From: Polyangiaceae bacterium
Lineage (GTDB): Bacteria; Myxococcota_A; Polyangia; Polyangiales; Polyangiaceae
DNA: 64,000 nucleotides
Assembly (NCBI GenBank): GCA_044376115.1
Contig: JBILLK010000030.1
Span: forward strand, 73,361-137,360
Direction: 5' to 3'
The notes under the pieces are model-generated. The model worked only from the letters and a program-made list of their open reading frames with translations, ran no database searches and had not been told where the DNA came from. The translations under genes were made by a program, and so were the position numbers. Below are positions 49,301 to 59,040 of the stretch, one piece after another (positions within the stretch are counted from its first letter, which is position 1; the number at the start of each line of letters is the position of its first letter).

Positions 49301-50266
49301 TTGAAGATTGGGCGGACCACATTGGAGGCATGCCACGCGGGGCCAGCGCGCATGAACGGGTGGCTGGAAACCCTTGCGCCGCTGTTGAGCAGAGACCTCG
49401 GCCATCAGGTGGTGGCCTGCGTGGTGAACGTCAACGCCTTCGAGTTGCACGCTGTAAGCGATCCCGAGCGGTTGGTGGATTGGGCGAGCTTTGCAGTTCG
49501 GACGAAAGCGCGCAGTAGGCACCTGTCGATGCGTCAGGACTTTCTCGAAGAGGTCGGTCGCCCTTCGCTAATCACCGGGGCATCAGTATTTAAGCTACTG
49601 TTCCAGCCGCGCCGACCGAGCACGCTCGTTTCACAGTGTGGGCGTGCCTTTGACGCGTCGGCGATGATTTCAAAGATTGCACCGGGATGGGCAGACTTCG
49701 GGTGTATTCGGGCTGACGCTGGCGGTTTGGCTCTAACCAGTTATCTGGCACTGCGGCCTGGCCAGTCGCTACCAACCAAAGACCGAGGGCTTCTCCGGCT
49801 GCAGCGGCATCTTGCCGGGGCGTTTGCAAAGCGGGTTCGGCCGGCCTGGAAGCGCTCCGCGGTGGTGTTCGATGCGTCGGGCAGAGTCGTGCATAGCGAT
49901 GTAAAACGTGCGCCACCCCATTTGCGTGAGTTGCGTTCGTTGGTCGCGCGGGAACTGGATCAGCGGTCGGAGCCAGACGAGCAGGCCGAGCTCGTGTGGG
50001 ATGAACTGTGGGAGAGCGGTTGGACGGTGGCGCGCGTGGACGACGCGGACGGCCGCCGCTACCTGACGCTGCGCCGGGCGCCAGCGGACCAGCCAACGCT
50101 AACAACCTCTGAGCGTGCTGTATTGGCGTTGGCGCGGGAAGGGCGCTCGATCAAGTGGATAGCTGCGGAACTCGGTATCTCCAGCGCAGGCGCGAGCACG
50201 CAATTGCAGTCTGGGCTGCGCAAGCTCGGCCTCGAGCACCGGCTCGAGCTTTCGCGGTTGCGCTAG
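49301..50266 (+). CDS. LuxR-type regulator, paralog D
   Basis: GGAGG + TTG start; 3' half closely similar to paralogs B and C. Confidence 0.85.
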   Translation: MKIGRTTLEACHAGPARMNGWLETLAPLLSRDLGHQVVACVVNVNAFELHAVSDPERLVDWASFAVRTKARSRHLSMRQDFLEEVGRPSLITGASVFKLLFQPRRPSTLVSQCGRAFDASAMISKIAPGWADFGCIRADAGGLALTSYLALRPGQSLPTKDRGLLRLQRHLAGAFAKRVRPAWKRSAVVFDASGRVVHSDVKRAPPHLRELRSLVARELDQRSEPDEQAELVWDELWESGWTVARVDDADGRRYLTLRRAPADQPTLTTSERAVLALAREGRSIKWIAAELGISSAGASTQLQSGLRKLGLEHRLELSRLR

Positions 50267-50307
50267 CGAGGATGAGGCATTCGACATTCGGCCGCCTCAT
50301 CCTTCGC
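50266..50307. terminator. Hairpin between convergent genes
   Basis: GCGAGGATGAGGC...GCCTCATCCTTCGC. Confidence 0.55.
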
Positions 50308-50332
50308 GTAGCCGCAGCAACCGCTGAAACGC

Positions 50333-52341
50333 TCAGTCGTCGTCCCCGTTGCAGCGATGCTTCTTCTTCTTCTTTCCGCACGACGAGGCAGCGGCGCTCG
50401 TCTCGATAGCGCGTGCCTCCGTGGCGGTGATGAGATGCGCTTGTTTGAGCTGCTTGCTTACCTTCGCTACGCACTTAACGTAGGCCCCGTGATTCTTCCA
50501 AGCGTTGTCGCAAGGACACTGTTGCATAACTGAGCAACCATTCGAGAGAACGGTCTCTCCAGTGGGCGTGCCAAGGCAGACATCTTGAGCGTCGACGATG
50601 CCATCATTGTCGTCGTCGGAGTCGCACGCATTCCCATGGCCATTGGCATCGGTATCGGACTGGTCTGCGTTGGCGTCGAGTGGACAGTTGTCCTGGGCAT
50701 CGGGGACGCCGTCATCGTCGTTGTCCACTTCGCAGCCATCCCCAACTCCATCTCCGTCGGCATCGGATTGATTCTCGTTCGACAGGCCGGGGCAGTTATC
50801 TAGAGTTTCACACACGCCATCACCATCAGCGTCATTGGCAACGTCGATAGGGCACGGATCGACGTTGCCACAGACGCCGTCGCCGTCGATGTCGTCGAGC
50901 GGGTCGAGCGGACAGAGATCGACATCAGCGCATGCCCCGTCCCCGTCGGCGTCGTTGTCAATGTCGACTGGGCACGGGTCTTCGTCGGAGCAGAGGGAAT
51001 CACCATCTGCATCATTGGCGGCATCGTTCGGGCAAACATCGCATGCGTCCGCAACACCATCGCCGTCGTCATCGAGCGCGTCGTTTCCCCCGAGGCATGC
51101 ATCAAGATTGCCGCAGATTCCATCACCGTCGGCGTCGTTTGCAGGGTCGTTGGGACAGGTATCCAGGTCAGCGCATACGCCGTCCGCGTCCATGTCGTTG
51201 AGGGGATCGAGTGGGCAGAAATCCGCTTCAGCACAGATGCCGTCGGCGTCCGCGTCGTCCACGAAGTCGAGCGGGCAAACGTCAATAGAGTCACATAAGC
51301 CGTCGCCGTCCGAGTCATTGTAGAAGTCGAGCGGGCAGGCGTCGCAGCCATCAGCGGAGCCATCGCTATCGGTGTCCAGTGCGTCGTTGGCGCCGGGACA
51401 CGCATCGATAGCGTCCGGAACCCCGTCACCATCAGCATCAGCTTGTGGCGGCGCTGAACACTCATCGTTCACATCCAAGGGACATGGATCGCAGCCATCG
51501 GGTACACCGTCGTCGTCTGCGTCGAGCCCGTCAGCCGTAGGGGAGGGCAAGAAAATGAGATTGTAGGGATCGGCGAACGGCGGAGGGGGGCCTGGGCAAA
51601 TATCGAGTCTATCAATCACACCATCCCGGTCGGTGTCGGGGGCAATCCGAACCCCCATCGCTGGGTATGGGTAGCAGCCAGCTACAGGGTTATCGTTGCC
51701 CTCAACGCCAAAGACGCGCACTGCATCGGTAGCTCACTGAACCGCATTGTGAGCTGCGTGCATTCCTCGTGATAAACAGGCCCACAGATCGCCGTCGAGA
51801 GGTTACAGGTTAACCCCGTGTAGAACGGCGGTTGCGGCTCTGGCGCAGCATAGTAGAGTACAGCGGTCGCTGCGAGTTGGCAGCCATCGTATGCTTCTGG
51901 AGCGCCCTGTTCAGTTATACATCCGCTTATCTCCACCCGATCGAAGGGGGCCTCGAGACCGCTTAGCGCGTAGCCCGGCGCAACTACCTGCGTGTACTGA
52001 CCTATGAGCGAGGCGGGACTAAAGCTCTCGATGAGGTTCGTCGAGCTTGGTCCAGCAACAGCAATCATCACACTCCGGGTTGGCTCGGCTGGCGCCCCCC
52101 CAGCGATACAGAGGTCAAGCGTAACGTCCCACCCTCCGTTCGCAAATGTCGTATCCACGAGTGAGACATGCGAGTAGCCCAGGTTGGGGTTGGATTGCTC
52201 ATAACAGACTGCATGCGCCGCCTGAGGTGAACTCAAGGCTATGAACAACAGCAACCCGCTCAATAATCGAACGGCTCCTGCCTGCGATAGAGGAGCCTTT
52301 GGGGTTTCAACGATATCTGTGCCGGCATTAGCAACTGTCAT
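50333..52341 (-). CDS. Secreted thrombospondin type-3 repeat protein, 1-nt frameshift at about 51728
   Basis: Many DxDGDGxxDxxDxCP repeats; signal AHA|V; adding one C gives FSELPDAVRVFG; C-terminal KNHGAYVKCV domain. Confidence 0.85.
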
Positions 52342-52370
52342 GGTACCCCGATATGGGGGCCGGCGATGGC

Positions 52371-52382
52371 TGACTATAGTCA
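52371..52382. promoter_or_regulatory. Perfect palindrome TGACTATAGTCA, putative operator
   Basis: Lies in the 70-bp gap between the divergent TSP3 and small LuxR genes. Confidence 0.6.
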
Positions 52383-52411
52383 CTTCTTCAAGGCAGCAGT
52401 GCCCAGGAACG

Positions 52412-52846
52412 ATGGCCGTGGACGTAGTGCAACTAAGGCGCAACAATACGCTCGTGGGGCAAAAGGCAAGCAGTCGACAAAATAAGCTAGAGCTGCCGCG
52501 AGTGGCTCCTCCGAGCGGGCTTCGCGGGGCGCGCTTCGAGATAGACGGGGAGGAATATGCAGTATTGGCGTTTCCTACTGAGCTTGCGCAGCCACCTGCG
52601 CTCACGTTGGCCGAACAAGCCGTGGCCCAGCTTGCGCTGAACGGATTTGCTAACGAGGAGATCGCCGCGATGAGAGGCGCCAGCACACGTACGGTGGCCA
52701 ACCAACTACAGTCTATCTATCGCAAGCTCGGCGTGGGCTCGCGCGTCGAGTTGGCCCGCGCCTTGGCAAATGTGGACCTTGGCCTCAGCGCTACGGGGAG
52801 GGAATCGGCGAAGTCGTCGCCATCCCGTACGCGCCGAGCTCGCTGA
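52412..52846 (+). CDS. Small LuxR/GerE-type HTH regulator
   Basis: LTLAEQAV...NEEIAAMRGASTRTVANQLQSIYRKLGVGSRVEL. Confidence 0.88.
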   Translation: MAVDVVQLRRNNTLVGQKASSRQNKLELPRVAPPSGLRGARFEIDGEEYAVLAFPTELAQPPALTLAEQAVAQLALNGFANEEIAAMRGASTRTVANQLQSIYRKLGVGSRVELARALANVDLGLSATGRESAKSSPSRTRRAR

Positions 52847-52871
52847 TGCTGCCTCGCGCCGCGCGGTCCGC

Positions 52872-53246
52872 TCAGCGAGCTCTGCTCCCCGCATACGTCG
52901 TTGCATAGGCCAATAGCGCGGGGACGGCCTGGACAAACACGATTGAGAGCTTGGCGGTGGCGCCTCCGAAGCACCCCGCGACAACGACGCAGCCAAGGAA
53001 GAAGCGAGCTGTTGAGCGTGCTCGCTCGGTGTCCTTCAGGGTGAGCGCCCAACCGAGGCCTGCGGCCAAGAAGCCGTTGTAGAGCCCTTGGTTCATCGCC
53101 AACGTGGCCGATTGGGCAGCGAACTCTGGCGTGGTTCCGAAGCGCGCCATCACCGCTGGGGTCTGCCACAAGAACATCTCCAGCACGAGGAAGAGCACGT
53201 GCTGAACCGCAACGAAGGCAACGAGGAGCTTGCTGAGCTTGGTCAC
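52872..53246 (-). CDS. DUF1304 family membrane protein
   Basis: HVLFLVLEMFLW, NQGLYNGFLAAGL, VQAVPA. Confidence 0.88.
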   Translation of the reverse strand: MTKLSKLLVAFVAVQHVLFLVLEMFLWQTPAVMARFGTTPEFAAQSATLAMNQGLYNGFLAAGLGWALTLKDTERARSTARFFLGCVVVAGCFGGATAKLSIVFVQAVPALLAYATTYAGSRAR

Positions 53247-53544
53247 CGCGGCGTTCTACGTCGGCCGCAGGCTGCGTCCAAGCCTCCTGCCCGACCTCGA
53301 CCCACGTTTACAGTCCATGCAGTGCGTCTTGCTGTCGCGTGAATGACCCGGTGGGTGACTCACTTCGCGTCCGGTATGCCCCAGCTTTGGCTAGCGCTTT
53401 GTGTCATCGAGGACTCATCGCGCGCACGGCTCGGCCTCAAACCTCGGCAAAAGCCGCAGGTTCCAGGGGAAGGGAGAAGTGGCCTACGGTTTGCGTAAGG
53501 CGGCGCGCGGCGGATGCCGCTCAAGCAGGCCCACGGGCCGAGGG

Positions 53545-55152
53545 ATGACCAAGTCGATGAGCAATCAACAGAAGCTTCAACAGGCAGCAGCGGCGGGCGA
53601 CCAAGCGGAGGTGGAGCGTTTGCTCGGCTTGTTCTCGGAACCGCCAGCGGAGACGAACCGTTGGGCGAGCGCGCTGTTTGCAGCCTGCGAGGCCGGGCAT
53701 ATCGAACTGGTGCGCTTGCTGCTTGGGCGCACTCAACCGAGCGCGGAGCTGCTTGCCTCGTTGGCTGCCCAACTGCTGATCAAGGGCGAAGAGACGCTGG
53801 CTCTCGAGCTTGTCGACGGCGGGGCAAGCCCTGATGCCGCTGTGCGTGAAGCGGCCGAACTCGGCCTTGGCGCGACGGTGAAGCGCTTGCTCGCAAGCGG
53901 GCGGGTCACCGAAGAGGCGTTGCTCCAGGCTTGGTTTGTCGCTGCACGGAGGGGCACGCTGGAGGCGCTCAGCGCCCTGCTCGAAGGCCCGAGTGCAACC
54001 GCGTTGCTCGCCGCGCACGATCACGCTGGTTCTGGCGCCTGGGCGCTGGCCGCAGCGAATGGTCACAGCGAGGCCGCTACGCTGCTCGCGGCGCGTGGCG
54101 CGACGGCGCGCGGCCTCTTGTGGGCGGCTGCGGAGCGCGGGGATGCGGCCTTGCTCGAGCAGGCGCTCAACCTTGGAGAAGACCCGAAGCGCGTCAACGC
54201 GGAGGGTTTCGGCGCGCTGCACCACGCGGCTAACGGCGGCCACACTGCGCTCGTCGCGCGGCTCTTGGAACTCGGCTGCGATCTCGAAGGCGAGACGCAA
54301 CACGGTCGTACGCCCGCGTCGATCGCTGCACATGCAGGCCACCTCGAGCTGGTGCTCGAGCTCGAGCGGCGTGGCGCATCGCTGGGCCGCGCGTTGGTCG
54401 AGGCGGCCGATGGCGGTCAGCTGGCCGTAGTCGAGCATTGCTTGGCGCAGGGCGCTTCGGTGGAGAGCGTCGACGAGTACTCCGAGACCGCGCTGCACAA
54501 GGCCGCCGAGCACGGCGACGTCGCGATCCTGCGCGCCTTGCTCGCGAAGCAGCCCAAGCTCGATCGCGTCAACATCAACGGCTGGACAGCGCTCATGCGC
54601 GCGGCCGGCCACGGCAGCGTGGAGGCGGTACAGCTGCTGATCGACCAGCGCGCGGCGGTCAACTTCGCCACCGAGTACGGTTACGAGACCGCGCTCGCCT
54701 GGGCCGTCAAACACGGGCATCTCGCGGTGGTGGACCTGCTCCTGCGTTCGGGCGCGATCATCATGCGCAAGGGCTACAACCGCCCGTTGTTCCTCGCCGC
54801 TGAGAAGGGCTACAGCGAGGTCGCGCTGCGGTTGTGCCAGGCCGGAGCGCTGGTGGATGAAGAGGACGACGGCAAGACGCCGCTGCAACGAGCGGCCCGT
54901 GCAGGTCATCTAGCCACCGCGCAGCTGCTGCTCGAACGCGGCGCCAAAGCGAGTGAACAAGCTTTGCTGAGCGCGGCCGAGGGCGGTCACGTCGAGCTGG
55001 TTGCCCTGCTCCGCGCGCACGGTGCGGTGTTGCCTGCGGGCTTCTTGAGCAAGGCTGCTGAAGGCCGTCAGGCCGGCTTGGTGAAGCTCGCGCTCGAGGC
55101 CGGCCAAGCGGTCGATGAACGCGGTGGCTCTCTGTTACCAGCCACCCTGTGA
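53545..55152 (+). CDS. Ankyrin-repeat protein, possibly truncated at the 3' end
   Basis: Many TAL/TPLxxAAxxGHxxxVxLLL repeats; ends mid-repeat. Confidence 0.9.
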   Translation: MTKSMSNQQKLQQAAAAGDQAEVERLLGLFSEPPAETNRWASALFAACEAGHIELVRLLLGRTQPSAELLASLAAQLLIKGEETLALELVDGGASPDAAVREAAELGLGATVKRLLASGRVTEEALLQAWFVAARRGTLEALSALLEGPSATALLAAHDHAGSGAWALAAANGHSEAATLLAARGATARGLLWAAAERGDAALLEQALNLGEDPKRVNAEGFGALHHAANGGHTALVARLLELGCDLEGETQHGRTPASIAAHAGHLELVLELERRGASLGRALVEAADGGQLAVVEHCLAQGASVESVDEYSETALHKAAEHGDVAILRALLAKQPKLDRVNINGWTALMRAAGHGSVEAVQLLIDQRAAVNFATEYGYETALAWAVKHGHLAVVDLLLRSGAIIMRKGYNRPLFLAAEKGYSEVALRLCQAGALVDEEDDGKTPLQRAARAGHLATAQLLLERGAKASEQALLSAAEGGHVELVALLRAHGAVLPAGFLSKAAEGRQAGLVKLALEAGQAVDERGGSLLPATL

Positions 55153-56737
55153 TCAGCCCGAGGGCACCGAGCTCTGCGGCATCGAGGGTTTCGTGGTGGA
55201 CTGTGACGATCCCCTTCTCGAGCAGCTGAACGAAGATGCTTGCCCGCCGACGTCCTACAACTCGTGGGTGATCGACACCGGCACCGAGATCATGGACGGG
55301 ATCTCGAAGGCGCTGGCCAAACACTATGTCGGCCTGATTTGCGACCCGCCGGATCCGAACTTCGAGGTGGTCGTCCCGCTCGATCTGTCAGCGACCTTCG
55401 ACGCGGGCGCACCGAGCTTCGCGCCGGCCGGCGCCGGAGCTCAGCCCGAAGGGCAAGCTGCGCTCAATCGTGCGCTGGCGACGCAAGCGGCGGCTTACCA
55501 GGCGCTGCTCCCGACGCTCGAGAAGCTGCAGGGCGCCGAGCAGGCCGGCTCGAACCTCGGGCTGATGCTGCAGGCGGAGAAGACGATCGCCTACGGCGAG
55601 CTCGCGCAGGCCGCTGGTCAAGAGATGTTGGACGCTGTCGATCTGATCGAGGCCGACCTTGCAGCCGAGGGTCACCTGGAGGTGGTCTACGAGATCGCTA
55701 CGCCGCTGGCTGCGATGGAATCGGAGCTTTCGCCCGCCGACCGGAACTACCTCTATTCGTTCGGGGTGAGCGACACGGCGATCGAGCTGGGGCAACAGCA
55801 CCTCGCCTCGTTCGAGGTCCCGCCCGAGGTCAGCCGGCGCGCGCTGCTCGAGGCGGTGCGCGGCAACGTCGAGGCCATGGATGCGGCCCTCACGGTGATG
55901 GTGTCGCAGGCCACGCAGGTACGCGACGAGAACGCTGCGCATGCGCTGCGGCTGGGCCCGCTCGCTTCGGTGAGCGGTCAAGCGACCGCGGGCGTCGGGC
56001 TGCCCGTCACGCTCACCGCGAGCGCCGAGTACCGCGACCCAGGTGCCACGCTGACGTACGCCTGGGACGCCGATCTCGACGGCGCCTTCGACGATGGCGA
56101 CGCCACCACGCTGGAGTTCATTCCGTCGGCGCCGGGGCTCGCGCTCGTGGGCGTCCGCGTGAGCGACGCCGAGGGGCGCGCCGATGTGGCGTATCACCGC
56201 GTGAACGTCAGCGTGACCAACGTGCCACCGTCGATCGCGAGCACCACGCCATCGAACCTCGCGCCGTTCGCCGACATCGGCGAGAGCGTCGATCTCGCGG
56301 TAGAGGCCTCGGACTTGGACGGTGATGAGCTGGGCTATCGCTGGTACGTCGACGGCAGCCTCGTCGCCACGGTCCCGACGATCTCGTTCGTCATGCCCGA
56401 CGAGGAGATGCACGTGATCCGCGTGGTCGTGAGCGACAGCAACGCGTACACGCTCGACGCGGAGACGCGCTTCACCATCCGCTCCTCCAAGTGGGAGGGC
56501 CAGACCGGTGAGGGCGGCCAAGGAGCGGGCGGTGGTGAAACGAGTGGTAGCGGCGCAAACGGCGCTGGCGGCGCTTCGACCGGCGATGCCAACGACGGCG
56601 GCGGCAGCTGTGATTGCCGAACCCCGGCCAAAACCTCGAGCAACTGGCTCGGCCTGCTTGCGTCGGGGGCGCTCGCGCTCAGCGGGGCGCTGCGACGGCG
56701 AGCAAACAAGCCCGGTCGCGAGGGAGGCAAGTCGTGA
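55115..56737 (+). CDS. PKD/Ig-like surface protein with MYXO-CTERM-like tail, N-terminus apparently missing
   Basis: YAWDADLDGAFDD, NVPPSI, YRWYVDG; GGSCDCR...hydrophobic...RRR; no signal peptide. Confidence 0.75.
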   Translation: MNAVALCYQPPCDQPEGTELCGIEGFVVDCDDPLLEQLNEDACPPTSYNSWVIDTGTEIMDGISKALAKHYVGLICDPPDPNFEVVVPLDLSATFDAGAPSFAPAGAGAQPEGQAALNRALATQAAAYQALLPTLEKLQGAEQAGSNLGLMLQAEKTIAYGELAQAAGQEMLDAVDLIEADLAAEGHLEVVYEIATPLAAMESELSPADRNYLYSFGVSDTAIELGQQHLASFEVPPEVSRRALLEAVRGNVEAMDAALTVMVSQATQVRDENAAHALRLGPLASVSGQATAGVGLPVTLTASAEYRDPGATLTYAWDADLDGAFDDGDATTLEFIPSAPGLALVGVRVSDAEGRADVAYHRVNVSVTNVPPSIASTTPSNLAPFADIGESVDLAVEASDLDGDELGYRWYVDGSLVATVPTISFVMPDEEMHVIRVVVSDSNAYTLDAETRFTIRSSKWEGQTGEGGQGAGGGETSGSGANGAGGASTGDANDGGGSCDCRTPAKTSSNWLGLLASGALALSGALRRRANKPGREGGKS

Positions 56738-57466
56738 TGCGACCTGCAACGAAGCAGCTCCCTTGGCTCTTGCTCGTGATGTGCGGGATCGCTTGCGCTG
56801 AAGGTGCTGGCAACAGCACGACCGAAGGCGGCTCGGACTCGACCAGCAGTGGTAGCGGGCCGGGCGGCCTTGCCGGAGCGGCCGGCATGGGTGCCGATGG
56901 AGGCGCTGGCGCAGGCAGCCTCGTCGATCCGGTGTGTGGCGACGCGATTTGCAACCCTCCCCAGGAGTCGTGCTCCAACTGCGAAGACGACTGCGGCTCC
57001 TGCTCGCTCGAGTGCCCCGACGGCGTCTGCGCCGACGACGAGACGTGCAGCAGCTGCGAGGCTGATTGCGGTCCCTGTGCTGGCAGCTGCGGCGACGACA
57101 GCTGCGGAGACGGCGAGACCTGCGCGTCTTGTGAAGTGGACTGCGGTCCTTGTGACGGCGGTTGCGGTGACTCCGTCTGCGATCTCAACGAGACGTGTTG
57201 GTCGTGTCCGATCGACTGCGGGCCTTGTGTGGGCGCTTGCGGCAACGCGATCTGCGACGGTAGCGAGACGTGCATGTCGTGCCCGATGGACTGCGGTCCG
57301 TGCATGGGCGGTTGTGGCGACGCGATGTGCGGCTTTAACGAGAGTTGCATGTCGTGCCCGATCGACTGCGGGCCTTGTGGGCGCTTGCGGGGACGCGATC
57401 TGCGACGGAAGCGAGACGTGTATGTCGTGCCCGATGGACTGCGGCTTCTGCCCGCCCTTACCCTAG
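56737..57466 (+). CDS. Cys-rich repeat lipoprotein (7 x CGDxxCxxxETCxSCxxDCGxC), 2-nt frameshift at about 57378
   Basis: TGATG coupling; GIA-C; ccttgtgggc vs ccttgtgtgggc in the duplicate unit 150 bp upstream. Confidence 0.85.
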
Positions 57467-57560
57467 TTTTCTGTGCCTAAAGCTCCGGCGGCAGCTTCTC
57501 TTGTGGGCCCCTGGCGCCGTCGAGCTCGGCCTCGCTGATCGACAGTCGCTCGGCTTCCTC

Positions 57561-58007
57561 GTGAAGGTGGACCGGGATGTCGTGCTCGAGAAGGAACGTC
57601 AAGGCAACTTCACCGGTCGCACCGACAAGCAGTACGAAAAGACCGCCGTCATCCCGGGCGTGGATGGAGTGTTCGCGCGCGGAGGAGCGGGGACGATGGG
57701 CGGCGACGGTCGCTCGGTGAAGATCGAGTTCGCCTCCAGGAAGGCGAGCGTGCGCTTCACCGTCCTCGACGGCAAGGCAGGTCCGGAGCCACGCTGGGAG
57801 CCGGGTGCAGGCAAGGCCGACTTCGTCGTTTACGAGCGGGCCGTCCCCAAAGATCAGCTCGTCGCCGAGGTGTGCGATTTCTGCCGCAACGCCGCGCTCT
57901 CTTGCAACAAGCGCAAGCCACTCGACGCGTGCGAGGCGCTGCAAGCCTGCTTCAAGCAGATCGAGCAGCCGTCCACGTTGTGCGGCGCACGTTACAAGGA
58001 CATTTGA
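57561..58007 (+). CDS. Hypothetical protein or 3' gene fragment
   Basis: Strong G/C third-position bias, Cys-rich helical end; no convincing start. Confidence 0.45.
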   Translation: MKVDRDVVLEKERQGNFTGRTDKQYEKTAVIPGVDGVFARGGAGTMGGDGRSVKIEFASRKASVRFTVLDGKAGPEPRWEPGAGKADFVVYERAVPKDQLVAEVCDFCRNAALSCNKRKPLDACEALQACFKQIEQPSTLCGARYKDI

Positions 58008-58026
58008 TGTCCGCGAGCGGGCTGCC

Positions 58027-59040
58027 TCAGTCGCAAACGGAACGGTTGATCGCCGCGGCGGTCCCTTCACTGACCGTGATGTAGTTGAGGCCGCCCTCGA
58101 TGAACGCGACGGCCTCTCCCTGGGCCTCGTCGGCGACCGGGGCCTCACACGGCTCTGTCGCGAGCGCGGCCTCGACTCCGTTTCCTGCATAGTAGAATAG
58201 CGACCCGTAGGTGCGGACGAGCAGCCCTTGGCCATCCGGACGGACGTCCGCAGCGGTGAACAGGTTGCCGTCCGGTGCAGGGACGTCGAACAGGCGCACG
58301 GCGACCGACTCATTACCCATCGTGTCAATGCGATAGAGCCCCGGTGTGCCGTTCGTCTTGGTTAGTAAATACATATTCCCCGAGCCCGGCTCGACCACAA
58401 AGGCTTCGCAGTTGTTGCTGCCATCCTCGTAGGAGAAGGGGAGGACCGTGGCTGTGGTTTGGGTCGAGCTGAAGGCTGCCGGTTCAGCAATTCGATAAAT
58501 GCGATAGTCGTCTCGCTGCTCGAGATTGTCGCCTACGTCTGCGATGTAGAGGCAGCTGCCCTCCGGGCACGAGCCGACAGCGATGGCCTCCATATCGACG
58601 GCGTTCACGTTGCTGATCTCGAGCTCCGCCAGCGGCGCGCCGCTGAGATCCATGGCATAGAACACAGACGCGCTGCCGGAGTCTTCATGCAGGTAAACTG
58701 CGCCCGGGTGCAGCACGCTCGCCGCGAGCCCCGAGGTTTCACTGATGGCTTGGTTCATCACCGCACCGACCTGCATCGTCGAGGTGCAATCGCACGGGTT
58801 GGGCAACACGGGCCCGCCGCCCGCTCCTCCCATCCCGCCAGCACTCGCGCCTCCGTTACCTCCTGAGTCGCCGCCGCCGTCCCCACCCGTTCCCCCGGTC
58901 GTCGTGGTTGGCGAGCCGCCGGTGCTCGAGCCTCCGCCGCCCGTATCCGCGCCTCCTTCCGCAGGCCCGCTGTCGCCGCAGCCCAATAGCCCGACAAACA
59001 GCAGCAGGCCGCGAGTAAGAAAATGGTAATCACGCCTCAT
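58027..59040 (-). CDS. Beta-propeller lipoprotein (SdiA-regulated/phytase-like motifs)
   Basis: LLG-C, Gly linker, ETSGLAAS, HEDSG, DMEAIA, YIADVGDN, QGEAVAF. Confidence 0.8.
   Translation of the reverse strand: MRRDYHFLTRGLLLFVGLLGCGDSGPAEGGADTGGGGSSTGGSPTTTTGGTGGDGGGDSGGNGGASAGGMGGAGGGPVLPNPCDCTSTMQVGAVMNQAISETSGLAASVLHPGAVYLHEDSGSASVFYAMDLSGAPLAELEISNVNAVDMEAIAVGSCPEGSCLYIADVGDNLEQRDDYRIYRIAEPAAFSSTQTTATVLPFSYEDGSNNCEAFVVEPGSGNMYLLTKTNGTPGLYRIDTMGNESVAVRLFDVPAPDGNLFTAADVRPDGQGLLVRTYGSLFYYAGNGVEAALATEPCEAPVADEAQGEAVAFIEGGLNYITVSEGTAAAINRSVCD

Larger units (their letters stand above)
39025..52846. mobile_element. Putative genomic island / variable paralog cluster with no mobility gene
   Basis: AT-richer codons and intergenic gaps by eye, internal paralogs, gene remnants, duplicated gene end at the left edge; right edge approximate. 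Confidence 0.5.

Noticed and set aside
45464..50266. Long near-identical DNA copies as IS elements
   Set aside because: They encode LuxR-type C-halves; no transposase motifs or terminal inverted repeats
50560..51640. Periodic repeats resembling an array
   Set aside because: These are degenerate coding TSP3 repeats, with no identical repeat-spacer structure and no cas genes
39025..52846. Prophage, tailocin or contractile injection system
   Set aside because: No capsid, terminase, sheath, tube, baseplate, lysis or integrase genes; the fibre-like proteins have signal peptides
56935..57460. 75/150-bp repeats as CRISPR or DGR template/variable repeats
   Set aside because: In-frame Cys-rich protein repeats; no reverse transcriptase in the window
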